Source: Octopus sinensis (Eukaryota). Taken from it: a stretch of 17,707 nt of DNA. The stretch lies in NCBI RefSeq assembly GCF_006345805.1, contig NW_021824591.1, positions 1 through 17,707 of the forward strand. The letters are read 5' to 3'. A model generated the notes under the pieces. The model did no database searches. It was not told the origin of the DNA and saw nothing but the letters and a program-made list of their open reading frames with translations. Of the stretch, positions 1 through 9,768 are shown piece by piece (positions within the stretch are counted from its first letter, which is position 1; each line of letters begins with the position of its first letter). Both the position numbers and the translations under genes were made by a program.

Positions 1-91
1 TAAAGACAGTTGGAATGTCTTTGGCTACATGTTTACTGGATCTGGTTTGCTCTGGAGCTACACAACAACCGAATAACTAAAGTGTATTGCG

Positions 92-195
92 ATACTAATT
101 AAGAGACTGCACTAATGAAGACAATACTAATGAAAACACTAACGAAGAAGTGAGACAGTACTAATGAACACTACACTGATTAAGCACAAGAAGAG
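92..195. repeat. Degenerate ~15-bp tandem repeat (core ACTAATGAA-GAC)
   Basis: About six imperfect units, e.g. tactaattaagagac, cactaatgaagac, tactaatgaaaac, cactaacgaag, tactaatgaacac. Confidence 0.55.
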
Positions 196-1022
196 TGTAA
201 CTGAAGACGCCGACTGAAAAACGAGTTTCTCGTGTGATTTCCGATCAGTTTATATTGCTTCACTAACAATTATAATGGTGGACAAAGTTTGATGAGGCAA
301 TAACAGCTTTGAATTTTTTTCGTTTTCCTTTAGCTTTTTAGCTGTCCTGGCAGGGGTGGTGATATTTTATATCATGTACTGTATCTCCAGAGAAGTCGAT
401 TTCAGCTAAATTCAGTACCAACAGTTTTAAGTAATGTTTTGTGAAGAAACAGAGAAGCACAAGTGACGTGAGAATCCCGAAAGAAAGAACTGCCACAGCC
501 TGATTCATTTCATTTAACTCTAACGGTTTCCTCGGCAGGCGCCAACAATTATATTTACAAGGTCATCTCAATCATTAACAGTAACCTGAGGTCCTGAACA
601 CCGTGGTGTGTAATAGACGGACAACAATAACTCTTCTAGCTGTGAATATTATGGATCGACATACTCCACACAAAAGCCATTAATAGTCAAGAACTGTCCA
701 CTAGAAATTCAATTGTTAACCCAGACTAGAGACATCATGTAGCGCCGAGAATAGTTTTCGTTTTATCCACAATATTAAAGATGGATGGAGATTAACAGAA
801 ACTAAAACAAATGCCAAAATCTGTTAATATCCCCAGTACATTCACCAGTTGTCTTTGACACTGAATTAACGGAAATTTCAACACTGCCTCGAGCTGTGTT
901 CATTGTCGTCTGCTATTGGATAACGGCCATCCAACGCATTAAAACCTTATCAAACAGACTTGGTTATGAGATGGAGATATAGGATCGATAATGTAGGTGG
1001 AGAGACGATGGAGTCGGGGAGC

Positions 1023-1024
<2 letters not shown>

Positions 1025-1059
<35 letters not shown>

Positions 1060-1130
1060 CACATATATGTGTGTGTGCATATATATATATATATATATAT
1101 GTTTGTATGTATGTATGTATGCACGCATAT
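1025..1130. repeat. Compound (AT)n/(GT)n/(GTAT)n microsatellite
   Basis: Read directly; it explains the ORFs at 950-1200. Confidence 0.95.
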
Positions 1131-1321
1131 ACACTCAAGACACATTAATGGCGTTCACTTTCAACAATGGACAGACGTGTGTACATTAAAACTGTCATAA
1201 ATGATCGATACATTTCTTTCACTGTCTAATATATTCTTACTAAAACGGAGCAGATAAATCAGTTTAGACTGTTGTCTTGACTTACAAATAACATTCCAAC
1301 TGTCTGCATAACATTTCAAAC

Positions 1322-1770
1322 TGCACTCACTCACTCACTCACTCACTTACTCACTCACTCACTTACTCACTCACTCACTCACTCACTCACTCACTCACTC
1401 ATTCACACACTCACTCAATCGCTCCTTTCCTCCTTGCCTCCCGTCCTTACTCATTCACTCACTTTTTTTAGTCTCACTCACTCAATCAATCACTCACTCA
1501 CTTGCTCACTCACTCACTCGCTCACTCACTCTTCAAATCACTCTCCCACTCACTCTCACTCATTCCCTTGCCCACTTACTCGCTCAATCACTCTCTCTCT
1601 CCCTCCCTCACTCACTCCCCTCTCTCTATCTCTCTCCCTCCTTCCCTCACGTCTTCATTCCCTCCCTCCCTCTATCCCTCCATCCCCCTCATTCACTCCT
1701 TCCTTCCCTCCTTCCCTCTGCTCCCCTGTCCCTCTGCCCCTCCCTCATTCCCTCCCTCCCTCACTCCCAT
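1322..1770. repeat. (TCAC)n tetranucleotide array decaying into a TCCC/CT pyrimidine tract
   Basis: Near-perfect TCAC units to ~1420, then a degenerate C/T-rich tract. Confidence 0.9.
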
Positions 1771-1849
1771 TAATTTAACCCTAAACCTCCATTAAACTCA
1801 CATTTCCAAATATAAAATCTTACGATTTGTTGGTTGTTTGCTTTCTCGG

Positions 1850-2035
1850 TTCACATATTATATACACCATATTATATACATTAAACTCTACACAGTACAC
1901 GGTATATACCACTATATACATTACTATATACACACCATATAGAAATCACAAGATACACACCTCATTATACACACTACATTGTACACACCACATCCTACAC
2001 ATTGTACTATACACATCACTTTATACACATTACTT
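1850..2035. repeat. Degenerate TA/CA low-complexity tract (CACTATATAC-like)
   Basis: Recurrent tatacac and cactatatac motifs. Confidence 0.6.
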
Positions 2036-2089
2036 TCTATAGACCATATCGTACGCATTTCCTTGTACAATGGTACTGGCAGTCGTGAT

Positions 2090-2198
2090 ACAGGCGGTGG
2101 TAGTGGTCGTGGTAGTGGCCATGGTGGTGGCCGTGGTGGTGGTGGAGGTGGTGGCGGAGTCGGCGGTGATGATGATGGTACTAGTTGTGACGGCAGTG

Positions 2199-2230
<32 letters not shown>

Positions 2231-2570
2231 GGTGGTGGTTATGTGGTGGTGGTGGTGGTAGTGGTGGCGACGGCGGTGGTGGTGGTGGTGGTGATAGTGG
2301 TGGTTGTGGTGGTGAGGATGCTGATGGTGGTGGTGTTGATAATGGTTGTAGTGGCAGTGATGCTGGTGATGGTCGTGGTGGTGTTATGATGATTGTGGAT
2401 ATGCTGATGATAGTGGTGGTGGTGGTTGGTGATGGTAGTGGTGACGATGGTGATGATGCTGGTTATGATGATGCTGGTGGTGGTGGCGGCGGTGAAGGTG
2501 GTGGTAGCGCTAGTATGTGTGGGTGTTATTGTTATTGTTGTTTGTGGTGGTGGTGGTGGTGATGGTATGG
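2090..2570. repeat. (GTG/GAT/GTT)n trinucleotide array
   Basis: Read directly; source of the poly-V and poly-T ORFs. Confidence 0.95.
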
Positions 2571-2675
2571 GGGGGAGCCGATGTGCTTGGGTGGGCAGTG
2601 ACTGTGATAAGGTATACGATTTCTGTCTGCACAATTTATTCATAGCCACAAGTGTTGGTCATTTCGTTACAAACC

Positions 2676-2723
2676 CACACACATACACAAACGCACACCC
2701 ACACGGGGGACACACATGCACAC

Positions 2724-2757
<34 letters not shown>

Positions 2758-2815
2758 CACGCTTAAACGTACACAAACACACGTACACTAACACACACAC
2801 ACACAACATGCACAC
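2676..2815. repeat. (CA)n microsatellite
   Basis: Read directly. Confidence 0.9.
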
Positions 2816-3054
2816 ATTGCAATAGGTGAGAGACTTGTATAACGAGAATAGCTTGAGTGATGTTAATTTTTCAAATGATGTAGAAGATCTTCCGTCAGCG
2901 GCGACGATGAGCAGTCATTCGATTGATTGCATTTCTTCTGGTGAAATTAACTAGTAAGTAGCTGAGTATTCCGCAGGCACGCAGACTCCTTAACTCAATT
3001 CTCTGGCAGAATCAACGAGACGCAATGTGAAAAGGATGGACTTGTGTATTACAG

Positions 3055-3310
3055 GTGAGAGGAAGAGAGCGGGAGAGAGAAGAGGGAGAGAGAGGCGGGA
3101 AGAAAGAGGAGAGAGAAAAAGACAGATAAAGAGGGCAGGAAGAGAAAAAGGGGAAGGGACACAAAAGGGAGGGGAAAGAGAGAGAGAGAGATGAAGAGAA
3201 AAGAAAGGAGAGGAAGAAGCGGAAAGGGAGAGAGAGAGAGAGAAGAGTCGGGGAGAGAACGGAGGGGAGAAAGAGAGTCATGGGAGGATAGAGAGCGGGG
3301 AGAGAAAAGT
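3055..3310. repeat. Polypurine (GA-rich) tract
   Basis: About 250 nt almost entirely A/G on the + strand. Confidence 0.9.
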
Positions 3311-3314
3311 CTTC

Positions 3315-3361
3315 ACCCCGAAAGCATAAAAGGATAAATCGATGTTGACGGGATGAAAACT
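3315..3361 (-). mobile_element. Highly degenerate family A SINE fragment
   Basis: accccgaaagcataaaaggataaatcga resembles accccgaaaggatgaaaggaaaaatcga at 17499-17526. Confidence 0.35.
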
Positions 3362-3553
3362 GGAATTATGGAAATATATAAGAGATTTGCAATTGTGGCG
3401 ACATATAAAGAGATGAAGAATAGTATTCTTTATATAGAAGGGGTTAGAGTTAGGGTCATATAAACTGGGAGGATTCTGTGTAATACAGTGAAGTGAAGAA
3501 GTTGTATTGAGAGATGGAGGAATTTTATTGTTATTTAGGAAGTAGGAAATTAG

Positions 3554-3990
3554 GGATCTTTTCGGTTTGAACGGCAGTTTTTTTTAAATAATTTCCACGT
3601 AACTAAACACTTTTAAACTTCGTATACTGGTAGAAGGTGTTTATAAAACATCTTTTTCTCTTGGCTTTATTAAGAAAATTCTATAGTTTGTAAGATATTT
3701 GTTGTGTTTTTTTCTTCAATTTCTGCAATTTCAGCCAATCAATGACGTCTATTGAGGTGAAATCATTCTGTGCCGTATGAATATGTCCCTCGTTTAAGAA
3801 ACAGATTGGGTTTATTTACATTTCTGAAGAAAGAAGATACCCTTCCCCCAACCCATAACCCTAATCCTAACCCTAACCCTAACCCTAACCCTAACTAACC
3901 CTAACCCTAAAACAGATTGAAATGCAATAGATCGATACTAGGGTCATAATTATGGGTGACAATTTCTGTGCCGTATGGATATGTCCGAAA
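3554..3990. mobile_element. Probable truncated MITE-like element with internal (TAACCC)n
   Basis: Begins GGATCTTTTCGGTTTGAACGGCAGTTTTT, which I recall as a terminal inverted repeat (TIR) of an octopus repeat (unverified). No matching right TIR is present in the window. It contains a telomere-type array and a 23-bp direct repeat. Confidence 0.55.
3856..3910. repeat. Interstitial telomere-type repeat (TAACCC)n, ~9 units
   Basis: taaccc taatcc (taaccc)x4 taac (taaccc)x2 taa; TTAGGG on the - strand. Confidence 0.95.
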
Positions 3991-4149
3991 TTAGAGTTAT
4001 ATAGAGATGGTGGGCTAGAGTTGTGTGGAAAGGTAGGAGACTGTAGTGTTATATAGAGAGGTAGGGTACTTGTGTTAAACAAAGAGATGGGGAAATTATG
4101 TGTATTATAAACAGGTAGGCACTGGTTTGTTAAATGGTGAAGTAGAAGA

Positions 4150-4270
4150 CTGAGAACAACGTTAAGGGTACGCGTGCCTGTGGGGTGATCAGTCGCTTGC
4201 ACGTGAACTTCACGAACAAGCTGTTCCGTTGAACAGATCAACTAGAACACACGTCGTCGTAACCGACGGA
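4150..4270 (+). mobile_element. 3' tail fragment of family C SINE (or its partner LINE 3' end)
   Basis: Aligns by eye at roughly 70% to the reverse complement of 10530-10655; shared blocks acgcgtg, aacttcacga, gaacac and gtcgt-accgacgga. Confidence 0.75.
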
Positions 4271-4439
4271 CTACCGATATATATTGAAAATACTAGCACG
4301 CACGTTCGCGAATCTTTGGAAGTATTTTGACTCAGACAAAACAATTCATTTGTTCAAAAATACATATATCTGAAAAAAATGCTCAGCAAATATTTCAAAT
4401 TTTCTCGAGCGAAAGTAGAAAATATATAACCAGCGTATA

Positions 4440-4655
4440 CGTACATACATAATGCACATACACATACATACATACAACATACATACATACATACATCTAC
4501 ATATCACAATAATACGAAATGACAGCTAGACTTCATTATTTGTTTAAGTAACGTTAGAGAGAGGGGGGAAGAGGGAGAGAGAGAGAGGGGGTGATAGAGA
4601 GAGAAAATGAGAGAGACACACACAGACAGAGACGGAGACAGAGAAGGGGAGGAAG
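4440..4655. repeat. (ACAT)n tract (4440-4503) and GA tract (4555-4655)
   Basis: Read directly. Confidence 0.85.
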
Positions 4656-4944
4656 AGTGATCCAGCAGTCTATCTGTTTTCAACAATAGATCGTTTGTCG
4701 GGGCAAAAAATAAAAGTAGAGACATCATCTGTGAAAGATGGCTGTCAAATATGATGGAAACAAGCTTTTCACGAGAAGGAAAAAAAAAAAAAGAACTGAA
4801 TTGTTTCCAAACGTTAAGTGCAAACTATGTTGTGTGGTGGAGTATTTCACTCCAGTCAATTGTATTAGGAGCAAGAGAGCTTAACTACTACAGCACTATT
4901 ATTGTACAACAACAAGAGCAGAGTTACACTAGAACAAAGCTATT

Positions 4945-4945
<1 letters not shown>

Positions 4946-5015
<70 letters not shown>

Positions 5016-5035
5016 ATGTATGCATGCATGTATAT
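4946..5035. repeat. (GT)n followed by (GTAT)n
   Basis: Read directly. Confidence 0.95.
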
Positions 5036-5097
5036 ATTTAATCGTCACTAAGTGCGACTAAGGGTGCTGAAGCACCTGCATTGCTAGAAATAAGAGT

Positions 5098-5246
5098 TTT
5101 GCCGAACCGCTAAGTTACGGGAGCGTAAACACACTAGCACCGGTTGTCAAGCGATAGTGTCGGCCCAACACAGACAGAAAGACGCTCTCACGCACGCACA
5201 CACACACAAACATCCACACCTGCGCCTATATATATATATATATATA
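5098..5246 (-). mobile_element. Family B SINE internal fragment, inverted
   Basis: 5098-5155 is the reverse complement of 5450-5507 at 52/58, followed by the family's CA/TA microsatellite. Confidence 0.85.
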
Positions 5247-5632
5247 TTTGCTTACGAACCACATGGTTACGGGTTCAGTCACACTGCGTGGCACCTTGGG
5301 CAAGTGTCTTCTACTATAGCCTCGGGCCGTCCAAAGCCTTGTGAGTGGATTTGGTAGACAGAAACTGAAAGAATCCCGTCGTATATATGTATATGTATAT
5401 ATATATGTATGTGTGTGTATATGTTTGTGTGTCTGTTTGTCCCCCCAACATCGCTTGACAACCGATGCTGGTGTGTTTACATCCCCGTCACTTAGCGGTT
5501 CGGCAAAGGAGACCGATAGAATAAGTACTAGTCTTACAAAGAATAAGTCCTGGAGTCGATTTGCTCGACTAAAGACGGTGCTCCAGCATGGCCACAGACA
5601 AATGACTGAAACAAGTAAAAGAGTAAAAGAGT
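5247..5632 (+). mobile_element. Family B SINE with internal microsatellite, 5' end slightly truncated
   Basis: B-box-like GGGTTCAGTC, core (caccttgggcaagtgtcttctactatagcc), internal TA/GT tract and a (GTAAAAGA)n tail; collinear with the inverted copy at 7861-8475. Confidence 0.9.
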
Positions 5633-5640
5633 ACATACAT

Positions 5641-5707
5641 TCATTTCATTTCATTTCATTTCATCTAGTTTCAGCTCACGAGCTGTGGCCATGCTGGGGC
5701 ACCGCAG
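5641..5707 (-). mobile_element. 67-bp 5'-truncated family-B-related insertion with (ATGAA)n tail
   Basis: 5683-5704 matches the reverse complement of 5576-5597 at 21/22; flanked by CATACAT at 5634-5640 and 5708-5714, a candidate 7-bp TSD. Confidence 0.65.
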
Positions 5708-6389
5708 CATACATATAAACTTTCCAATGTCTTTTTTTTTAATATATTCCAAATTAATAATTTTTATTAGCGTTCTTTGTTTTTCATATATGCGTATCTG
5801 TCGCTTATAGTTTGTTTGAAATAATCAAGTTCCAATATTTACTTTCATCAGCGTTTCCAAACTATCTCAGCCACATCTTCGGGATATTGAGTCCTGCTGG
5901 TTTGTGAGCGGCTCCTTTTCATATAAGGTGAATTTTGTTTATGCAGCCTATATTCATTTATTTGTGTATACTTATTTATTTATTTATTTTTGCAAGTTTT
6001 ATAGTCAGAATTTAGCCATTTGAACGTTTTGAGATTGGTATTTTACCCGTTATAGTCTTACGTCATCGCATTTTTAATATGGCTTTCAGAGTTACACGTC
6101 ATCAGTGATGTGCTTATCTTGTTTGAGAAATGCGTTATGTTGTTTGTGTGCTAATTGTAGCCTGGTGTTGCGACATGAATATTAGTTCCACAATCGGTCG
6201 TCCATTTCTATGTTAATATTTTTCTAAGTAACTTTGTTTTACGGTGTCTGATGCAGAGTGGTCCTATTGTTCTTTGTTGTAAAAGCACGGTATGTGTATC
6301 AGAGAGTGTTGTACTCCTCTGGCCAATGTAACAGTTACAGTCGTGAAGTTTACAACTTTCATTTTTATAGAGCTATCGTACATACAAAT

Positions 6390-6694
6390 ACATACATACG
6401 TATTTATGTGTGTGCGTGTATGTATGTGAGTGTGTATGCATTTATGCGTGTATGTACGCATTTATGCATGTACGTATGTGTGTATGTATGTTCATATGTA
6501 TGTGTGAGTGTGTGTGTGTGTGGTGTGCTTCTCCTTGTTATATCTTTGTCAATAATCACCTGCTCTTCTTTCTCTTCCTTTCTCTTTCCATCCTCCTTTC
6601 TTCTTTTCCCTCTTCCTCTACTCAAAGTAATTCACGTTGATTAGACACACGCACACACACTCTCTCTCACTCTCTCCCTCTCTCACACACACAG

Positions 6695-6726
<32 letters not shown>

Positions 6727-6735
6727 TCACACACA
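6390..6735. repeat. GT/GTAT tract (6390-6525), pyrimidine tract, then CA/CT tract (6645-6735)
   Basis: Read directly. Confidence 0.85.
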
Positions 6736-7151
6736 AGACCTCTTTAATCAACGGTTCTTTATTCCATTTAAACTCGTCGCTAATGACTTAATCACAGAAT
6801 TAAAAAGATCTTCCAAAGCTATTTTCAATCTCATTCTAATTTAACTGCCTAGCATTTTGATTCTTCAGAGAATGGTAATTAATGGAAGAACGAGACTGGA
6901 AGATTCTCATTTAAAACTTGATTCTGCACTTAAGAGCCCATTCTACTTAACTGATGACGATTTCATCAAACGCTACGAGCTATAACGCAAGGATCTGTCA
7001 GACACCCAGAGCCTTGACTTAAGTCTATCATTTAAATGCTGGTTTGTATCACAGCATGCAAGAAATATACAGGAGGGTTTGGAGTATTCTGGAGACATAT
7101 AGGAAGGCATAATGTAGTGTAGATATATAAGGGAAGATCTGGTTTCGTGTG

Positions 7152-7417
7152 TGAAGGCTCGTAGTCAAAAGGTAAGGGTGTTATGATCGCAAGATCATGG
7201 TATCGATTCCCGGACGGAGCAGTGCATTGTATTTTTGAAGAAAATATTTCGTTTTAAATTACTCCAGTCCACCTGCAAATGAGTTCCAGCAATAGCCAGG
7301 AAGTTGACCCTATGACGAGCTGGCGTCTTGGTCAGGGGGTATGTTGTGACCTTGGCCACTTGGCTGTAATGGAAACTGAGTTAAGCTCTGACCTGAATAT
7401 GTCCTAGGGCTCGAAAC
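7152..7417 (+). mobile_element. Old tRNA-headed SINE, family E (head and core shared with family C, different tail)
   Basis: The head tgaaggctcgtagtc...tcgattcccgg and core ...ctccagtccac resemble the reverse complement of 10720-10848; the 3' part is unrelated to the C tail. Confidence 0.65.
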
Positions 7418-7540
7418 AAAACTACCACTAGCAGTTATGTGTATAAATATAATAGAATCTCTAGTGTAGTGGGTGTATATATATGTATGTACAATTTGGC
7501 TCCAAGTTTCACCCAGAGACCTTAAGAGACAACAATTATG

Positions 7541-7586
7541 TACAAAACCAAATATATGCCTAGGGTGCCATATATTTGGTTTTGTA
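7541..7586. other. Perfect 18-bp inverted repeat with 10-nt spacer
   Basis: TACAAAACCAAATATATG - cctagggtgc - CATATATTTGGTTTTGTA. Confidence 0.95.
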
Positions 7587-7589
7587 TAT

Positions 7590-7756
7590 AGTGTGGGGAT
7601 GTGTCGATTACACTGAACCCAGTGTTCAACTGGTACTTATTCTATCGACCCCGAAAGTTGAAAGGCAAAGTCGACCTCGGCAAAATTTTAATTCACAACG
7701 TAGCGACAGACGAAATACCGCTAAGTATTTTGCCCGGCGGGCTAACGATTCTGTCG

Positions 7757-7765
<9 letters not shown>
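7590..7765 (-). mobile_element. Family A SINE, variant tail
   Basis: Reverse complement of the family A head and body (tggtactta, atcgaccccgaaag, aaaggcaaagtcgacctcgg, gacgaaatac, gctaacga). Confidence 0.85.
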
Positions 7766-7821
<56 letters not shown>

Positions 7822-7842
7822 TAATAATATAATAATAAATAA
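7759..7842. repeat. (AAT)n microsatellite
   Basis: Read directly. Confidence 0.95.
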
Positions 7843-7860
7843 TGAATATTTATCGTTTAT

Positions 7861-8475
7861 CTTTTACTTATTGCAACCATTAGACTACAGCCGTACTGGG
7901 GCACTGCCTTGAAGGGTTTTAGTCGAACAAATCGACCCTGATGCTCTTTCTATCGGAATATTTTGCTGAACTGCTAAGTTACAGAGACGCAAACAAACCA
8001 ACATTGGTTGTCAAACAGTGGTGAAGAACAAATACGAACGCAAAGACACACACACACATACACATGACAGTCTTGTTTCAGTTTTAATTAAATCCATTCA
8101 CAAGGCTTTGGTTGATCCGGGGCTATAATACAAGAGTCATGCTTTAAAGTGTCACGCAGTGGTTCTGAACATTAAGGCGGCGAGCTGGCAGAAACGTTAG
8201 CACGCCGGGCGAAATGCTAAGCAGCATTTCGTCTGTCTTTATGTTCTGAGTTCAAATTCCGCCGAGGTCCACTTTGCCTTTTCATCCTTTCGGGGTCGAT
8301 TAAATAAGTACCAGTTACGCACTGGGATTCGATATAATCGACTTAATCCGTTTGTCTGTCCTTGTTTGTCCTCTCTGTGTTTAGCCCCTTGTGGGTAGTA
8401 AAGAAATAGGTACTGAACCCGCAACCATGTATAGCTGGCAAGCAAACTTCTTACCACCTATCCTTGCCTGCGCCT
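7861..8475 (-). mobile_element. Full-length but diverged family B SINE, interrupted by a family A insertion
   Basis: Collinear in reverse with 5247-5632; the tRNA-like head at 8413-8475 resumes exactly after the insert. Confidence 0.85.
8171..8412 (+). mobile_element. Family A SINE monomer nested in family B
   Basis: A-box-like TGGCAGAAACGTTAG and B-box-like GAGTTCAAATTCC; CTGAAC duplicated at 8165-8170 and 8413-8418. Confidence 0.92.
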
Positions 8476-8957
8476 ATTTCTTTAAATAATTAAATAACGC
8501 AATTTGCAGGGCAAAACCAAATTCTTTCCTGTTTACAAATCATGCGAGTTTTGTCCTCCTTTCCGCTGCGTCGTCGCCGTCGTTGGTAGTAGAAGCGGCG
8601 GTGGCGACGACAACGGCGTTGGCGGAGGCATCATGGACTTGGTCACGTGTCACGCCGGCAATGGTGTTCGTCGTCGGGAAGCAGTCAGTCAACATGTTTG
8701 AATGCGCTGCAGTACAAAAGTGACACTTGCAGTTATCGATCTTATATCTGCCTTATCGATCTGCAAGTAAATAGCGAAAGTAATGAATACTTAAACGAAA
8801 ACAATGATCAGGTAGTTGACAATTAGTTATGACAGTAAGGAAAGAAAGAAAAAAACCATGACAGCTGTTTATGATACAAGGTCCGGGTAATAAGGCATTG
8901 ATTTTGGGGCATCGATATTGTTATTGCTGCCGTTGTCATCGTCATCGTAGTCGTCGT

Positions 8958-9111
8958 AGTGGTGGTGGTGGTGGTGGTGATGGTGGTGGTGGTATTAGTA
9001 GTAGTAGTAGTGTGGTGGTGGTGGTGGTGGTATTAGTAGTAGTAGTGGTGATGGTGGTGGTGGTGGTATTAGTAGTAGTAGTGGCGGTGGTGGTGGTGAT
9101 GGTGGTGATGA

Positions 9112-9142
<31 letters not shown>

Positions 9143-9355
9143 GGTAGTAGTAGTAGTATGAGCAGGAGGAGGAGGAGGAGGAGGAGGAGGAGGAGAAGTT
9201 ATTGTTGCTTGAACCTCTGAGTTAACTTCGATCGATCAGACGAAGAGGCGAAAGTTGGTTTTAGTTAACTGGGAGTACACCCACAGAAGTGAGGGCGGCG
9301 GCGGCGGCTGAGGCGATGGTGGTGGTGGTGGTGGTGGTTGTGCTGCTGCTGCTGG
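8958..9355. repeat. (GTG/GTA)n, (GGA)n and (GCG/GTG/GCT)n trinucleotide arrays
   Basis: Read directly; a short unique spacer lies at ~9200-9295. Confidence 0.9.
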
Positions 9356-9768
9356 TTCTTGTTATGGAGCTATTGGAGTGGAACGGAGTGTGACGTGGTA
9401 ATTAAAGGGCGCAATAATCTGCTGGTTGAGTCGCTTTTGTGTGGGTGTGAGTATCAGTGTGAGCGGGCGTAATGGTAAGATGAGTGTGGGCAAGATTGAG
9501 TGTGTGGGATGAGTATGGAGAACGTTGTGGGTTAAATGAAGGCAACAGAGTAAGGTGAGTGAAGGGTTAACGAGAGCAACAGGGATTGTGAGCAAGGAAC
9601 GACGTAGGGTGAGGGAAGATAGAGTGTGGACAATTAAGTATGCTGAGTATGAGCGGAGGGTGAAATGCAAGTTGTAGTGGAGGAAGAAGGTGAGCGATGA
9701 TTTCGGGGAATTGGATTAGGATTATAGGATTAAGAGTGTGCGTAGCACTACTAGATGAGGGTAAGCAA

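Noticed and set aside
791-828. 9-bp inverted repeat ATTAACAGA/TCTGTTAAT (and an 8-bp stem at 17339-17357)
   Set aside because: Short AT-rich stems like these are expected by chance in 17.7 kb.
3856-3910. True telomere or chromosome fusion scar
   Set aside because: The array is short, in one orientation, and embedded in an apparent dispersed repeat.
4291-4312. Second Helitron 3' end on the - strand (CTAG at 4293-4296, palindrome TTCGCGAA)
   Set aside because: No matching 5' terminus was found, and the motifs are short enough to be chance.
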